From: a candidate division WOR-3 bacterium
Lineage (GTDB): Bacteria; Hydrothermota; Hydrothermia; LBFQ01
Direction of reading: 5' to 3'
DNA length: 64,000 nucleotides
Assembly (NCBI GenBank): GCA_027050205.1
Contig: JALUCS010000126.1
Location: forward strand, 5,004-69,003
Shown: one piece after another, positions 48,389 through 57,528 of the stretch
How the letters are laid out: the number at the start of each line of letters is the position of its first letter
Position numbering within the stretch: position 1 is the stretch's first letter
Translations under genes and position numbers: made by a program
Notes under the pieces: model-generated
Told to the model about the DNA's origin: nothing
The model's input: only the letters and a program-made list of their open reading frames with translations
Databases searched by the model: none

Positions 48389-49599
48389 GGTACCTCCTCC
48401 CCCTACCCCTCCTGTCCTCTTGCGCCTCCTTTAGCCTGGAGATGCCGTACAGGGAGGTGGTTATACTGAATCCGGAGGATGGGGCCATCGTCCCGGACAC
48501 CTTCACCCTATCCATCCTCGCCTATGACAGGGGACCGGTACTCCGTAAGGAGATAGTCTACGGATTTCCGGACGGGCCGGTTGAGAGGGGTAGGTTCCCC
48601 GGATGCTACCGGTTTGAGGCGGTGGTTAAGGTGAATGGGCGTGAGGTGGGAAGGTACGAAGGGTGCGACTCCCTAACGGCGACGGTCAGGGTCAGGGCGA
48701 GGGGGGAGGAGGTAAGGGTGGAGTTGAGGGTGGGAGGAACCGTAAAGGAGGCCACCTACACCGTCGTTGAGCCTTACCCCTACACCTTAACCCCCCTTTC
48801 CCACGTACGGGATACTGCTGGGAGGAGGGCGGAGCCTCCGGTCAGGTACTACGGTAGGGTTCCCTTGGGGGAGAGGGAACTCCTCGTCTCGTGGGACGAC
48901 GGTACTACCGTCCTTTACCTCTGGGGGGATACCCTCAAGGAGGTGCTACGGGGTAAGTGGATGAAGGCGGTGGCCATCGGTGGGAGGGCCTTAGTGGTCG
49001 GTGAGGACGGAAACGGTGGGTTCTACGCCCTCGTCGGTGGGGAGGGCGTCCTGTCCCTCCGTAGGGTGGATGGCCCAACGTACGTAAGCGACGTCCTGAT
49101 ATGTGGGCGAGGGGTGGCCTACTTCGGCGACGCCGGGGTGATTTGGTTGGACGACGAAGGAAACTTCGGCCTCTCGGAGGTTCCGATGGTACCCTTCGGT
49201 GGGAAGGGGTGCCTGAACGGTTTGCCCTACTTCTCCTTCCTCTCCGACTCTTCCCTCCTCCTCGTCGGGGCGGATACCCGGACCCTCCCCGCACCGGAAG
49301 GGGCGAAGGGGATCCAAGTCTTCTACGGCTACGGGGACACCCTTCTACTCATCTACGGGAACGGCGGCGGGATAAGGGGTAGGATGTGGGACGGTAGGAG
49401 GTGGGTAAGGACGTACGTCCCTTGGAGTCCGTCCTCTGTGGGGTGCTATGGCCCCGCCGTAGCCTGCGTGTGCCTCTGCCCTATAGCCTTCCCCTTGGTA
49501 TCTACGGAGGGTAGATGCTCCATCAACGCTCCGGTCTTCGGGGTGGTGGCTGGGGGTGTTAGGGTTGGGGACCGCACCTACTCGGTTAGGTTCAGGTAG
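48367..49599 (+). CDS. Hypothetical lipoprotein (Ig-like plus beta-rich domain)
   Basis: LLSSC lipobox-like site; ILNPEDGAIV Ig-like start. Confidence 0.55.
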   Translation: MVVRSVVRYLLPLPLLSSCASFSLEMPYREVVILNPEDGAIVPDTFTLSILAYDRGPVLRKEIVYGFPDGPVERGRFPGCYRFEAVVKVNGREVGRYEGCDSLTATVRVRARGEEVRVELRVGGTVKEATYTVVEPYPYTLTPLSHVRDTAGRRAEPPVRYYGRVPLGERELLVSWDDGTTVLYLWGDTLKEVLRGKWMKAVAIGGRALVVGEDGNGGFYALVGGEGVLSLRRVDGPTYVSDVLICGRGVAYFGDAGVIWLDDEGNFGLSEVPMVPFGGKGCLNGLPYFSFLSDSSLLLVGADTRTLPAPEGAKGIQVFYGYGDTLLLIYGNGGGIRGRMWDGRRWVRTYVPWSPSSVGCYGPAVACVCLCPIAFPLVSTEGRCSINAPVFGVVAGGVRVGDRTYSVRFR

Positions 49600-50394
49600 A
49601 TAGGGTAATACATACCTTATAAGGAACCGGAAATGCCTTGTGCTACGGGTGAAAATGCGACGTCGGAATGTGGCCGGCGATTTTCCAAGCGGCTTAAGGG
49701 GTCGTTAAAGTCGTATCATTTTTGGATACGTTAAAATTTTGATATTCTGCGGACGAGATGCTCCCCACCTCCTATCGGCATAATCTCACTTGGCTGTCCG
49801 TTCAAAATTTACCATAAGGGGACGTTGGACGTCCGGCGAACTATACCCCTATCGGTGTAATCCCCAAATTTTTACGGGGATAACGGGATGAAATTCGCGG
49901 CACATTACATAAGATCAATCAAGGTCCGTTTGTGTGTAAATTTCTACTGTTATATGGGTATAGAATTATAGTCTTTATGATGAAATATGAGGAAACTGAA
50001 CATTATCAAAAATATAACCATCAAATTTCTATAAACGGTATAAAGATGCCTGTTTGCTATTCAATTCGCATAGGGTATAGTTTTCCCAACATAAATTTTC
50101 CATTTTGGATTGAGATAAAATTTGGATAATACTTAAAAAATTTCGCAAAAATTACAAAAATACATAATTACTCGTAATAAGTCATTAAAATCCTGCAAGT
50201 TTTAAATTGAAGGCAGTTAAGGATAGAGGCGTGCGTAAAAATCACAGTACCGTTATTCCCGTTTGACGAGACCGTATAGAAGCTGTCATCCCACAGTATA
50301 ACTCTTAAGGAAAATCCCTCCACCTATTCCAAAAACGACTAAAACCTAAAGAGCGCCCCAAAAGGGCAATGACGGACAGGTTCCTATGCCCGCC

Positions 50395-51255
50395 TCACAT
50401 TATGGTACCCTTCAGTGCTTCGCTGCACTCCGGCGGAGGGTCTTCCGGTAGTCGCTTGGCGATCTCGTGTATGAGGTCTATGATCTGCTGCTTTCTACTG
50501 GAGGAGACCTGAAGAACCTCCTCCGTCGTGAGCTTGGTTGGGGATATGCCGGCGGCCATGTTGGTGACTATCGTTATGAGGGTGTAGCACATCTCCAGTT
50601 CCCTCGCGAGGAAGGCCTCCGGTACGGCCGTCATGCCTACCAGATCAGCCCCCAAGATCCGAAGCGCCCTGATCTCCGCCGCCGTCTCCAGCCTCGGCCC
50701 CTCCATAGCAGCGTAGGTACCCTTGGGTATCACCTCAAGGCCCGCCTCGGACAGGACCTCAAAGGCCACGTCCCTACCCTGCGGGTCAAACGGCTCCGTT
50801 ACGTCTATATGCACCACCTTCTTCTCCTTCAGGGCGTAGTACACCCTGTCTCTTCCCCTGCCCGGATGCTCAAACTCGCCGTCGGGGGTGAACTTGCCCT
50901 CGTAGAAGGTTATCTGGCCGCGGGTGCGGGTCATATCAAGGAGCTGGTCCGGTATGACTATGTCCCCCACCTCAAGGTCGGGGTTTACGGCCCCTACGGC
51001 CGAGATGGCGAAGATCCGGTCGACCTCCAACAGCCTGAACCCCCATATGTTGGCACGGTAGGGTATGCGGTGGGGGGGAATGTCGTGGTTCTTGCCATGG
51101 CGGGCGAGGAAGACGAACTCAAAGCCGTCCTTCCCGGCGATTATGTAGTCGGCCGAAGGCTCCCCCCAAGGGGTCTTCCGTATGTGCCGCCTGTCAAGGA
51201 TATCGTACCCCTCAATGTTGTAGAACCCGGAACCGCCTATAACTCCTATACGCAT
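50395..51255 (-). CDS. mtnP: MTAP-family purine nucleoside phosphorylase
   Basis: IGVIGGSG, TPWGEPS, RHG, EGPRLETAAE and VGMTAVPE motifs. Start moved to ATG 51255. Confidence 0.9.
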   Translation of the reverse strand: MRIGVIGGSGFYNIEGYDILDRRHIRKTPWGEPSADYIIAGKDGFEFVFLARHGKNHDIPPHRIPYRANIWGFRLLEVDRIFAISAVGAVNPDLEVGDIVIPDQLLDMTRTRGQITFYEGKFTPDGEFEHPGRGRDRVYYALKEKKVVHIDVTEPFDPQGRDVAFEVLSEAGLEVIPKGTYAAMEGPRLETAAEIRALRILGADLVGMTAVPEAFLARELEMCYTLITIVTNMAAGISPTKLTTEEVLQVSSSRKQQIIDLIHEIAKRLPEDPPPECSEALKGTIM

Positions 51256-51312
51256 AGGGGGGATTCTAAAGGGGCGATTTACCCCGTAGCGTTCTGCAGT
51301 AGAATACCGACT

Positions 51313-51942
51313 ATGCAGAGGGTCAGTCCTACCCGTATGAACCTCCTCATCCGTAAGAGGCAGATGAAGATAGCCAGACAGGGGGCGGACCTCCTCCGTA
51401 AGAAGAGGGACGCCCTGATGAAGGAGTTCCAGAAGATGCTGAAACCTATAGTGCAGGCCCACAGGGAGCTTGACCGCACGGCCCGTGAGGCCGTAGCCTT
51501 CCTATCCTTGGCCCTCGGTAAGGATGGCCCGGAGGCAGTCAGGTCGGCCGCCCTCTCCAGCGCCGGGAGGCTGAAGGTGTATAAGGAGGAGGAGAAGGTC
51601 TGGGGTGTCAGGATCCCCAACCTCAAGGCGGAGGGGGTTGTAAGGAGGAGTAAAGAGAGGGGATACACCCTCCTAAGCGTGAGCGCCCGCATTGAGCTGA
51701 CGGCAGCCGCCTACGAGAGGCTTATGGCCAAGATCTTTGAGTTGGTGCCGCTTGAGGCCAAGATGAAGAGGATCGGACAGGAGATAAGGAAGACGTCGCG
51801 GAGGGTGAACACCCTTGAGCAGAGGGTCATACCCCAGCTTCAGGCCGAGATGAGGTTCATCCGTCAGGTCCTTGAGGACAGGGAGAGGGAGGACAAGTTC
51901 CGTCTGAAGAGGCTCAAGGCCAAGAAAGAGAAGAGAGGTTAG
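51313..51942 (+). CDS. ntpD: V/A-type ATP synthase subunit D
   Basis: PTRMNL, G-x-x-LL-x-KKRDAL, RRVNTLE and EREREDKFRLK-like C-terminus. Start moved to ATG 51313. Confidence 0.92.
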   Translation: MQRVSPTRMNLLIRKRQMKIARQGADLLRKKRDALMKEFQKMLKPIVQAHRELDRTAREAVAFLSLALGKDGPEAVRSAALSSAGRLKVYKEEEKVWGVRIPNLKAEGVVRRSKERGYTLLSVSARIELTAAAYERLMAKIFELVPLEAKMKRIGQEIRKTSRRVNTLEQRVIPQLQAEMRFIRQVLEDREREDKFRLKRLKAKKEKRG

Positions 51943-54732
51943 ATGCTCGTCCTGCTCCTAAGCCAGTGGTCCTACGGGTACAACAAGGTGGATTACAAGA
52001 ACCTCCGCTGGGGCTACCTTGACGGGAAGCACTTTCAGGTGTATTACTATCAGGGTGGGGAGAGGCTGGCGGAGTTCGCCCTTGGGGTACTTGAGGAGGC
52101 CTTCAAGGAGTACCAACCCTACTTTCCGGGAGCCATAACCGAGGGGGAGAAGATTCCCGTCCTCATATACGTCTCCCCCAAGGACTTTGAGATGACCAAC
52201 GTCTCCCCTTACCTCGTACCGGAGGGGGTCGGTGGCTTCACGGAGAGCTTCAAGAGGAGGATAGTGGTCCCCTTCGCCGGATCCTATCCGGAGTTCCGGC
52301 ACGTCCTACGGCACGAGCTGGTGCATGCCTTCCAGTACTCCTACTCAAGGGGGCTGTCATCTATGTTCTCATCCCCTCCCCCGCTGTGGTTTGTGGAGGG
52401 GATGGCCGAGTTCCTGTCGGAGGGGTGGAGCGTCCGCACCGAGGCCTATATGCGGGATATGGTCATAAACCTCTCCCTCCCTCCTCTACGGGAGATGGAC
52501 TACTACGCCGGGTACATAGTCTATCGCTACGGTGAGGCCTTCTTCAACTACGTAAAGGACGTCTACGGGGAGGAGGCCGTTCGGGACTTCATAAGGTACG
52601 GCTTGGGCGGTAAGGTGCAGGAGGCCCTCCGCCGTATCACCCACAAGGACCTCGTGGATATTGACGAGGAGTTTTCTATGTACATAAAGGAGAGGGTCCT
52701 GAAGGCGATGGGTACCTTCAACTTCCCCAACGATATAAAGAAGCTGACGAGCCGTCGTAGGGACAACTCCTTCCTCAACCTCGGTGCCGCCATATCACCG
52801 GACGGCTCCAAGGTGGCCTTCGTGTCGGATAGGGGCGGGAGGATTGGGATATACGTCGCCGACCTCGCTACGAGGGAGATAAAGAAGCTCCTTTCGGCCG
52901 GGAGGTCCCCGGACTTTGAGAACCTACACGTCGTAAAGCCCTCGTTGAGCATATCTAAGGACGGGAAGCTGGTCACTATATCGCAGGGTACGTACTCGGA
53001 CCTCCTCCACATCTACGACATCCGTACCTTCAAGAGGCTCAAGAAGGTCCCCCTGAAATTCTTGGACGGCGCCCATGGCGCCCGCATATCCCCGGACGGC
53101 GGTAAGGTGGTCTTCGTAGGGTACTCCAACGGCGTCCCCGACCTCTACCTCTACGACATAAGGCGAGGGGTGTTCTCCAAACTGACCAACGACCCGTGGA
53201 GCGAGGACGACCCCTATTGGTACGACGATAGCACCGTCATATACGTGAGCGACAGGAACGATAAGGGGGAAATAGGTGCCTACGCCATTTTCAAGGTAAA
53301 CGTCAATACCGGCGACATAGAGTACGTCTGGGGCAGGCGGAGGATACTCCGCTCCCCTATAAGGTGGAAGGACGGGATCGCCTTTCTGACGGACTACAGG
53401 GGGGCGGTGAATATGTTCCTCCTGCGGGGGGACAGCATTTATATGCTAACCGATTACTTCACGGAGCTATCCCATCCGGACGTGGCCGAGAACGGTAGGG
53501 TGGTCTTCTCTATGATGTGGGAGGGGGGATGGGACGTCTTCCTCGCCCCTTACTCCTTGGATGAGAAGGGGGAGGTTTCTCTGGAGACGGAAGGAGGTTA
53601 TACCCTGCCCGACTCCAACCTCATCGCTGGGGCAGTTAAGAGGCCTCTGGGCTTCACCCTCGGCATAGACATGGCCTACGGGAGCCTCGGATACTCCTCC
53701 TTTTACGGGACGGTCGGGGCCTTCTACATGCTCCTCTCGGACATCCCCGGAGACAACTGGATATTCCTCCAGCTTCTCGGCCAATCCCAGGACATAAGCA
53801 ACTCCGAGTTCGTGATAACGTGGTACAACTTCAAGGGGCGCCTGGACAAGGTCCTCGGCCTCTCCCAGCTCTGGAACTTCAAGTACACTCCTCCCCATTT
53901 CATATACGAGAAGAGGCTTTCCGCCGACGTCGGTCTCCAGTACCCGTTTACCCGGTACTTCAGGGTAGAAGGGTACTTCTCCGCCCACTACAACACCTGG
54001 ATAATGTTTCACGAGGACTCCCTACTCTACTACTACCCCAACTGCGTTAGCTACAACCTGTGCATATCGCCCAGATTCACCTATCCTAAGGGGTACGATA
54101 TTACGGCCTCTCTGGTCTACGACGACGTCCTCTTAACCTACTATGGCTCAACGGAGGGCGTAAGGTGGAGGTTGATAGGGGCGACGAGTCTCCCCGGCTC
54201 ACAGGTGGACTTCAGGACGGCCTTCTTTGAGGGGATGTTCTTCAAGAGGGTAACCCACCGGAGCATCTGGGCGAACCGCCTCGTCCTCGCCCGTAGCGTT
54301 GGCAAACATAGGGATGCCTTCACCGCCGGGGGGCCTTACGGTGTGAGGGCTTACGACCTCTTCTACTTCTTCTACGACGAGAACAACAGACCGGTGCGGT
54401 TCCTCATAGGCAACAACCTCGTCCTGTTCAACTCCGAGTTGCGGTTCCCCTTCCTTGACCGCCTCAAGTTCGGTTTCCTGCCCTTTGAGGTTAGGGGCAT
54501 AAGGGCGCTCCTCTTCTTGGACATAGGAAACGCCTGGTTTGACGAGGATATACCCCTGAACAAGTTCCAACCTATAAGGGACGGCGTCCTCTGGGACCTC
54601 TTCGCAGACTTCGGGGCCGGTTTCCGTTTCAACCTCGGATACTTCCCCTTGAGGGTGGATTACGCCTTCCCAACGGACCTCAAGAGGGTCTATAGCGGGC
54701 GGTGGATCCTGTCCTTCGGCTGGGACTTTTAG
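51943..54732 (+). CDS. Omp85/BamA-like barrel with N-terminal peptidase MA and TolB/PD40 propeller
   Basis: HELVH...WFVEGMAE; SPDGSKVAFVSDR repeats; VRAY, NSELRFP and terminal FGWDF. Confidence 0.82.
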   Translation: MLVLLLSQWSYGYNKVDYKNLRWGYLDGKHFQVYYYQGGERLAEFALGVLEEAFKEYQPYFPGAITEGEKIPVLIYVSPKDFEMTNVSPYLVPEGVGGFTESFKRRIVVPFAGSYPEFRHVLRHELVHAFQYSYSRGLSSMFSSPPPLWFVEGMAEFLSEGWSVRTEAYMRDMVINLSLPPLREMDYYAGYIVYRYGEAFFNYVKDVYGEEAVRDFIRYGLGGKVQEALRRITHKDLVDIDEEFSMYIKERVLKAMGTFNFPNDIKKLTSRRRDNSFLNLGAAISPDGSKVAFVSDRGGRIGIYVADLATREIKKLLSAGRSPDFENLHVVKPSLSISKDGKLVTISQGTYSDLLHIYDIRTFKRLKKVPLKFLDGAHGARISPDGGKVVFVGYSNGVPDLYLYDIRRGVFSKLTNDPWSEDDPYWYDDSTVIYVSDRNDKGEIGAYAIFKVNVNTGDIEYVWGRRRILRSPIRWKDGIAFLTDYRGAVNMFLLRGDSIYMLTDYFTELSHPDVAENGRVVFSMMWEGGWDVFLAPYSLDEKGEVSLETEGGYTLPDSNLIAGAVKRPLGFTLGIDMAYGSLGYSSFYGTVGAFYMLLSDIPGDNWIFLQLLGQSQDISNSEFVITWYNFKGRLDKVLGLSQLWNFKYTPPHFIYEKRLSADVGLQYPFTRYFRVEGYFSAHYNTWIMFHEDSLLYYYPNCVSYNLCISPRFTYPKGYDITASLVYDDVLLTYYGSTEGVRWRLIGATSLPGSQVDFRTAFFEGMFFKRVTHRSIWANRLVLARSVGKHRDAFTAGGPYGVRAYDLFYFFYDENNRPVRFLIGNNLVLFNSELRFPFLDRLKFGFLPFEVRGIRALLFLDIGNAWFDEDIPLNKFQPIRDGVLWDLFADFGAGFRFNLGYFPLRVDYAFPTDLKRVYSGRWILSFGWDF

Positions 54733-54738
54733 CTTAGC

Positions 54739-56193
54739 CTACCTGACCACTACCTTAAACACCCTATCCTTGACCTTAACGAAATACACACCGGTGGGCA
54801 GAGATACCCTGCCCTCGCCTCTGAAGACGAGTCTGCCGCTGACGGAATACACCTCACCCTTAACCTTCATCTCAAGCCCTCCCTTTAGTACGGTAAATAC
54901 CCCCTTACTCTCCATCCTCCTCTCCTTAACCTCTACCATACCTTTGGTGGTAACACTGAAATACACCATACGATCTGGCTCCCTCCTGTCCCCACCCCAT
55001 ATGCCAAAGAGACGGTCGCTGTCGTACTCAAACCCCATATACTCCCCCTCAAGATTGTCCCCGTACATCCTGAAATCCGCAGAGGACACACGCCCAACTA
55101 CCTCCCACGTGTTCCCTCTATCAACACTCCTGCCCCACATTACCCTCCAGACACTGTCCCTTCGGGACGTGTCCACCTTCTCAAGATAGCTTACGTACCA
55201 CACGCTCGCACTTTGGGTCAGGGTGGGCTGTATCTGATCCCTGTTCAGCGTGCTGTCTATCCACCTACCCGTCCAACTCCCATAACCTCCGTTGTAGTTG
55301 TAGGCCACCCGCACATTGCACGTTGTCATCCCGTTGAACCTCGTGTATCCTATTGCTATCGTGTCTCCTTTGACTATCATGGTGTGAATCGTTTTCGTTG
55401 GTCTCTTCCAAATTAGCCTGCTCCTTGTGGCACATTTTGTTGTACTATCCGCCAGAAACCATATCGCTGCTGTGTCTATTATGTCCCAAGTTGCGCCGTA
55501 GTCGTCGCTCCTCGCCAGACCGATGGTTATCCTTGAAGGAGATGAAAGGAAGTACTTTGTGCTTGCGTACGAGAGATAAAATCTACCACCGGTGTATGCA
55601 AGATAGGATACGTTTGCCTCCCTCGTAGAATCAACGATTACGGGCCCTTCCCATGTTATTCCACCATCTGATGAATGATAAACGACTACAACCGGAGTGT
55701 CAGCTTTGTACTCATGAGCCACGCTTACGACGATTTTTCCTCCGGGTGCAACGGCCATTCTGGGATAGTCTTTGGGGATGGTATCCCTTACAGTGTCTCC
55801 ATAGATCATGCCAGTAAGTGTATCGCAATCACCTAATACCCCTCCTATCACCTCACAGAAATGGACAAAGTATCTGCTGCCATGTGGTAATCGTGGGCAT
55901 ACCTCAAGATAAACGACAAAAAATCTGCTGGGATTATCAGGATCGGGACGAACAAAAGGATCCGTTCTATTACAGTTTTTAGGAAACGTATCAGCATCAC
56001 TCCACGTACTTCCCCCATCGCTACTGTATTTATAATAGACCTTTATATTACCACGGGTATCTGCCTTCATCCAGGCAACCATTACATTGTTGCCGTTAAC
56101 TGCCACATGAGGTTCTACGTTCCTATATCCTGACTCTCCTATTTGAACTTCGCTCAGGAAGGGAGGATCAAGGGAAATCAGGAGTGCCAGCAT
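54739..56193 (-). CDS. BNR/Asp-box (sialidase-like) secreted protein with T9SS-like C-terminal domain
   Basis: Four S-x-D-x-G-x-T-W boxes; C-terminal VYSVSGRLV...LPTGVYFV. Confidence 0.8.
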   Translation of the reverse strand: MLALLISLDPPFLSEVQIGESGYRNVEPHVAVNGNNVMVAWMKADTRGNIKVYYKYSSDGGSTWSDADTFPKNCNRTDPFVRPDPDNPSRFFVVYLEVCPRLPHGSRYFVHFCEVIGGVLGDCDTLTGMIYGDTVRDTIPKDYPRMAVAPGGKIVVSVAHEYKADTPVVVVYHSSDGGITWEGPVIVDSTREANVSYLAYTGGRFYLSYASTKYFLSSPSRITIGLARSDDYGATWDIIDTAAIWFLADSTTKCATRSRLIWKRPTKTIHTMIVKGDTIAIGYTRFNGMTTCNVRVAYNYNGGYGSWTGRWIDSTLNRDQIQPTLTQSASVWYVSYLEKVDTSRRDSVWRVMWGRSVDRGNTWEVVGRVSSADFRMYGDNLEGEYMGFEYDSDRLFGIWGGDRREPDRMVYFSVTTKGMVEVKERRMESKGVFTVLKGGLEMKVKGEVYSVSGRLVFRGEGRVSLPTGVYFVKVKDRVFKVVVR

Positions 56194-56205
56194 ACTTTCA
56201 CCTCC

Positions 56206-56835
56206 TCATTTCAGATAAACAGGCCCCACTTCAAACGAGGCGCAGGAGTCTATGGAACCTAATGGAGGCGTAACGAAAAGAGTAAAACCGTAGATCGGCT
56301 GGAAAGATTGATTGGGATAAACGAGATCGTAGAGATACATCGCAACCCTTTCCCACTTACCGGGTTCTTTTATGTGGGCCTTTCTCGTTCCCCATCCTTC
56401 CCATTCTACCTCCTCGCCTTTGTTGTTAAGGGAACGGAGTTCCGGTACGAAACGTACAGTACAGTACTTCTCCTTGCTTCTGACATAGACGATGAGGCTA
56501 TCAACCTTGGGTATCGGATAGTAGTAGAGGTCGTAGTACTTGCCATTATAGGAGTTCTCGTATCCGAACTTATAACCCATCTCCTCGTACCTTCTCTTCA
56601 TATCCACATCGCCCTTTTCTATCCATCTCTGGCCAGCTATGAGTGTAGCACCGGAGTAGGACCTGTGCTTGGGATAGGCGAAGTAGAACCTCTGGTAGGC
56701 CTTTATAACGATCTTGGCATCCTCCTCCTTGGGTACGCTGTCATCGGGGAGTATCAAAGTATCCCTCTTCAGAGGTAGGGCAGCCCACCATCCACCTTCT
56801 AACTCTACCGGTTGCGACAGAAGGCATAGAAGCAT
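56206..56835 (-). CDS. Hypothetical exported protein
   Basis: Short hydrophobic N-terminus; resembles the neighbouring gene 56879-57502. Confidence 0.6.
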   Translation of the reverse strand: MLLCLLSQPVELEGGWWAALPLKRDTLILPDDSVPKEEDAKIVIKAYQRFYFAYPKHRSYSGATLIAGQRWIEKGDVDMKRRYEEMGYKFGYENSYNGKYYDLYYYPIPKVDSLIVYVRSKEKYCTVRFVPELRSLNNKGEEVEWEGWGTRKAHIKEPGKWERVAMYLYDLVYPNQSFQPIYGFTLFVTPPLGSIDSCASFEVGPVYLK

Positions 56836-56878
56836 AAGGTTATATTTTAAAGGTGAAGCAAAGATTTTGAAAGTGTAT

Positions 56879-57502
56879 TTACTTTACAAGGTATATTGGG
56901 CTTAGCTCTATCTCGTACTCGTAGTCGCCAAAGGTGTCGGCTAGGGGGATGATGTAAAAGCTAAGCGGATAGGGTCTATCGGTACCGTACGAACAAGGCA
57001 AGGAAAAGTGCATCCCGACAGCCGGAGGATTATAAACGTTAAAATCCTTACCTAAACTATCAAGGTCTATACGAATCTCTATCCACGATACGTCAAGGGT
57101 TTGCTTTCGTACTATAGGGCTTCTACAGTATCCCCGATATACAATCTCTCCGCCCATTTCGTACTTTCCCTTCCCCCTGATATAGAAGACGAGATACCTA
57201 CCCCAGTCAAGGAGGTCAAGAGGATAGCTTTTAAGATAGGAAGCCATACCGGGCATAAGGAGTTCCGTCCTCCAGCTCTTATCCCTGTACTCCCACACTC
57301 CCTTTAGATGCAGGGCCTTGTAGTCATCTACGACCCTGTACTCCCCGTTGGGTACGGGAATACTGTCGCTCAAGGGTAGTGTGTCAAAGTTGGCTATCTC
57401 CCAGCCCCCGTACTCGTACTTCACCGCACCGACAGCCTTGAGTATGCTGTCCATCTGTCTGCTCTCGTAAAGGTCGGCAAAGAGGTAGGCAAAAAGCAAC
57501 AC
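56879..57502 (-). CDS. Hypothetical exported protein
   Basis: Short hydrophobic N-terminus; LVFYIRG...WIEIRIDL...IELSPIYLVK. Confidence 0.6.
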   Translation of the reverse strand: MLLFAYLFADLYESRQMDSILKAVGAVKYEYGGWEIANFDTLPLSDSIPVPNGEYRVVDDYKALHLKGVWEYRDKSWRTELLMPGMASYLKSYPLDLLDWGRYLVFYIRGKGKYEMGGEIVYRGYCRSPIVRKQTLDVSWIEIRIDLDSLGKDFNVYNPPAVGMHFSLPCSYGTDRPYPLSFYIIPLADTFGDYEYEIELSPIYLVK

Positions 57503-57528
57503 GGCAACCTTGATTTTATAGGAGGCGT

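Noticed and set aside
49932-50129. 65-aa ORF in an AT-rich spacer, and similar ORFs at 35957-36287
   Set aside because: Short, no motifs and no clear start signals; treated as non-coding.
51940-51945. Programmed TAG readthrough fusing NtpD to the Omp85 protein
   Set aside because: No recoding signal is visible, and a cytoplasmic rotor fused to an outer-membrane barrel is implausible; translational coupling is simpler.
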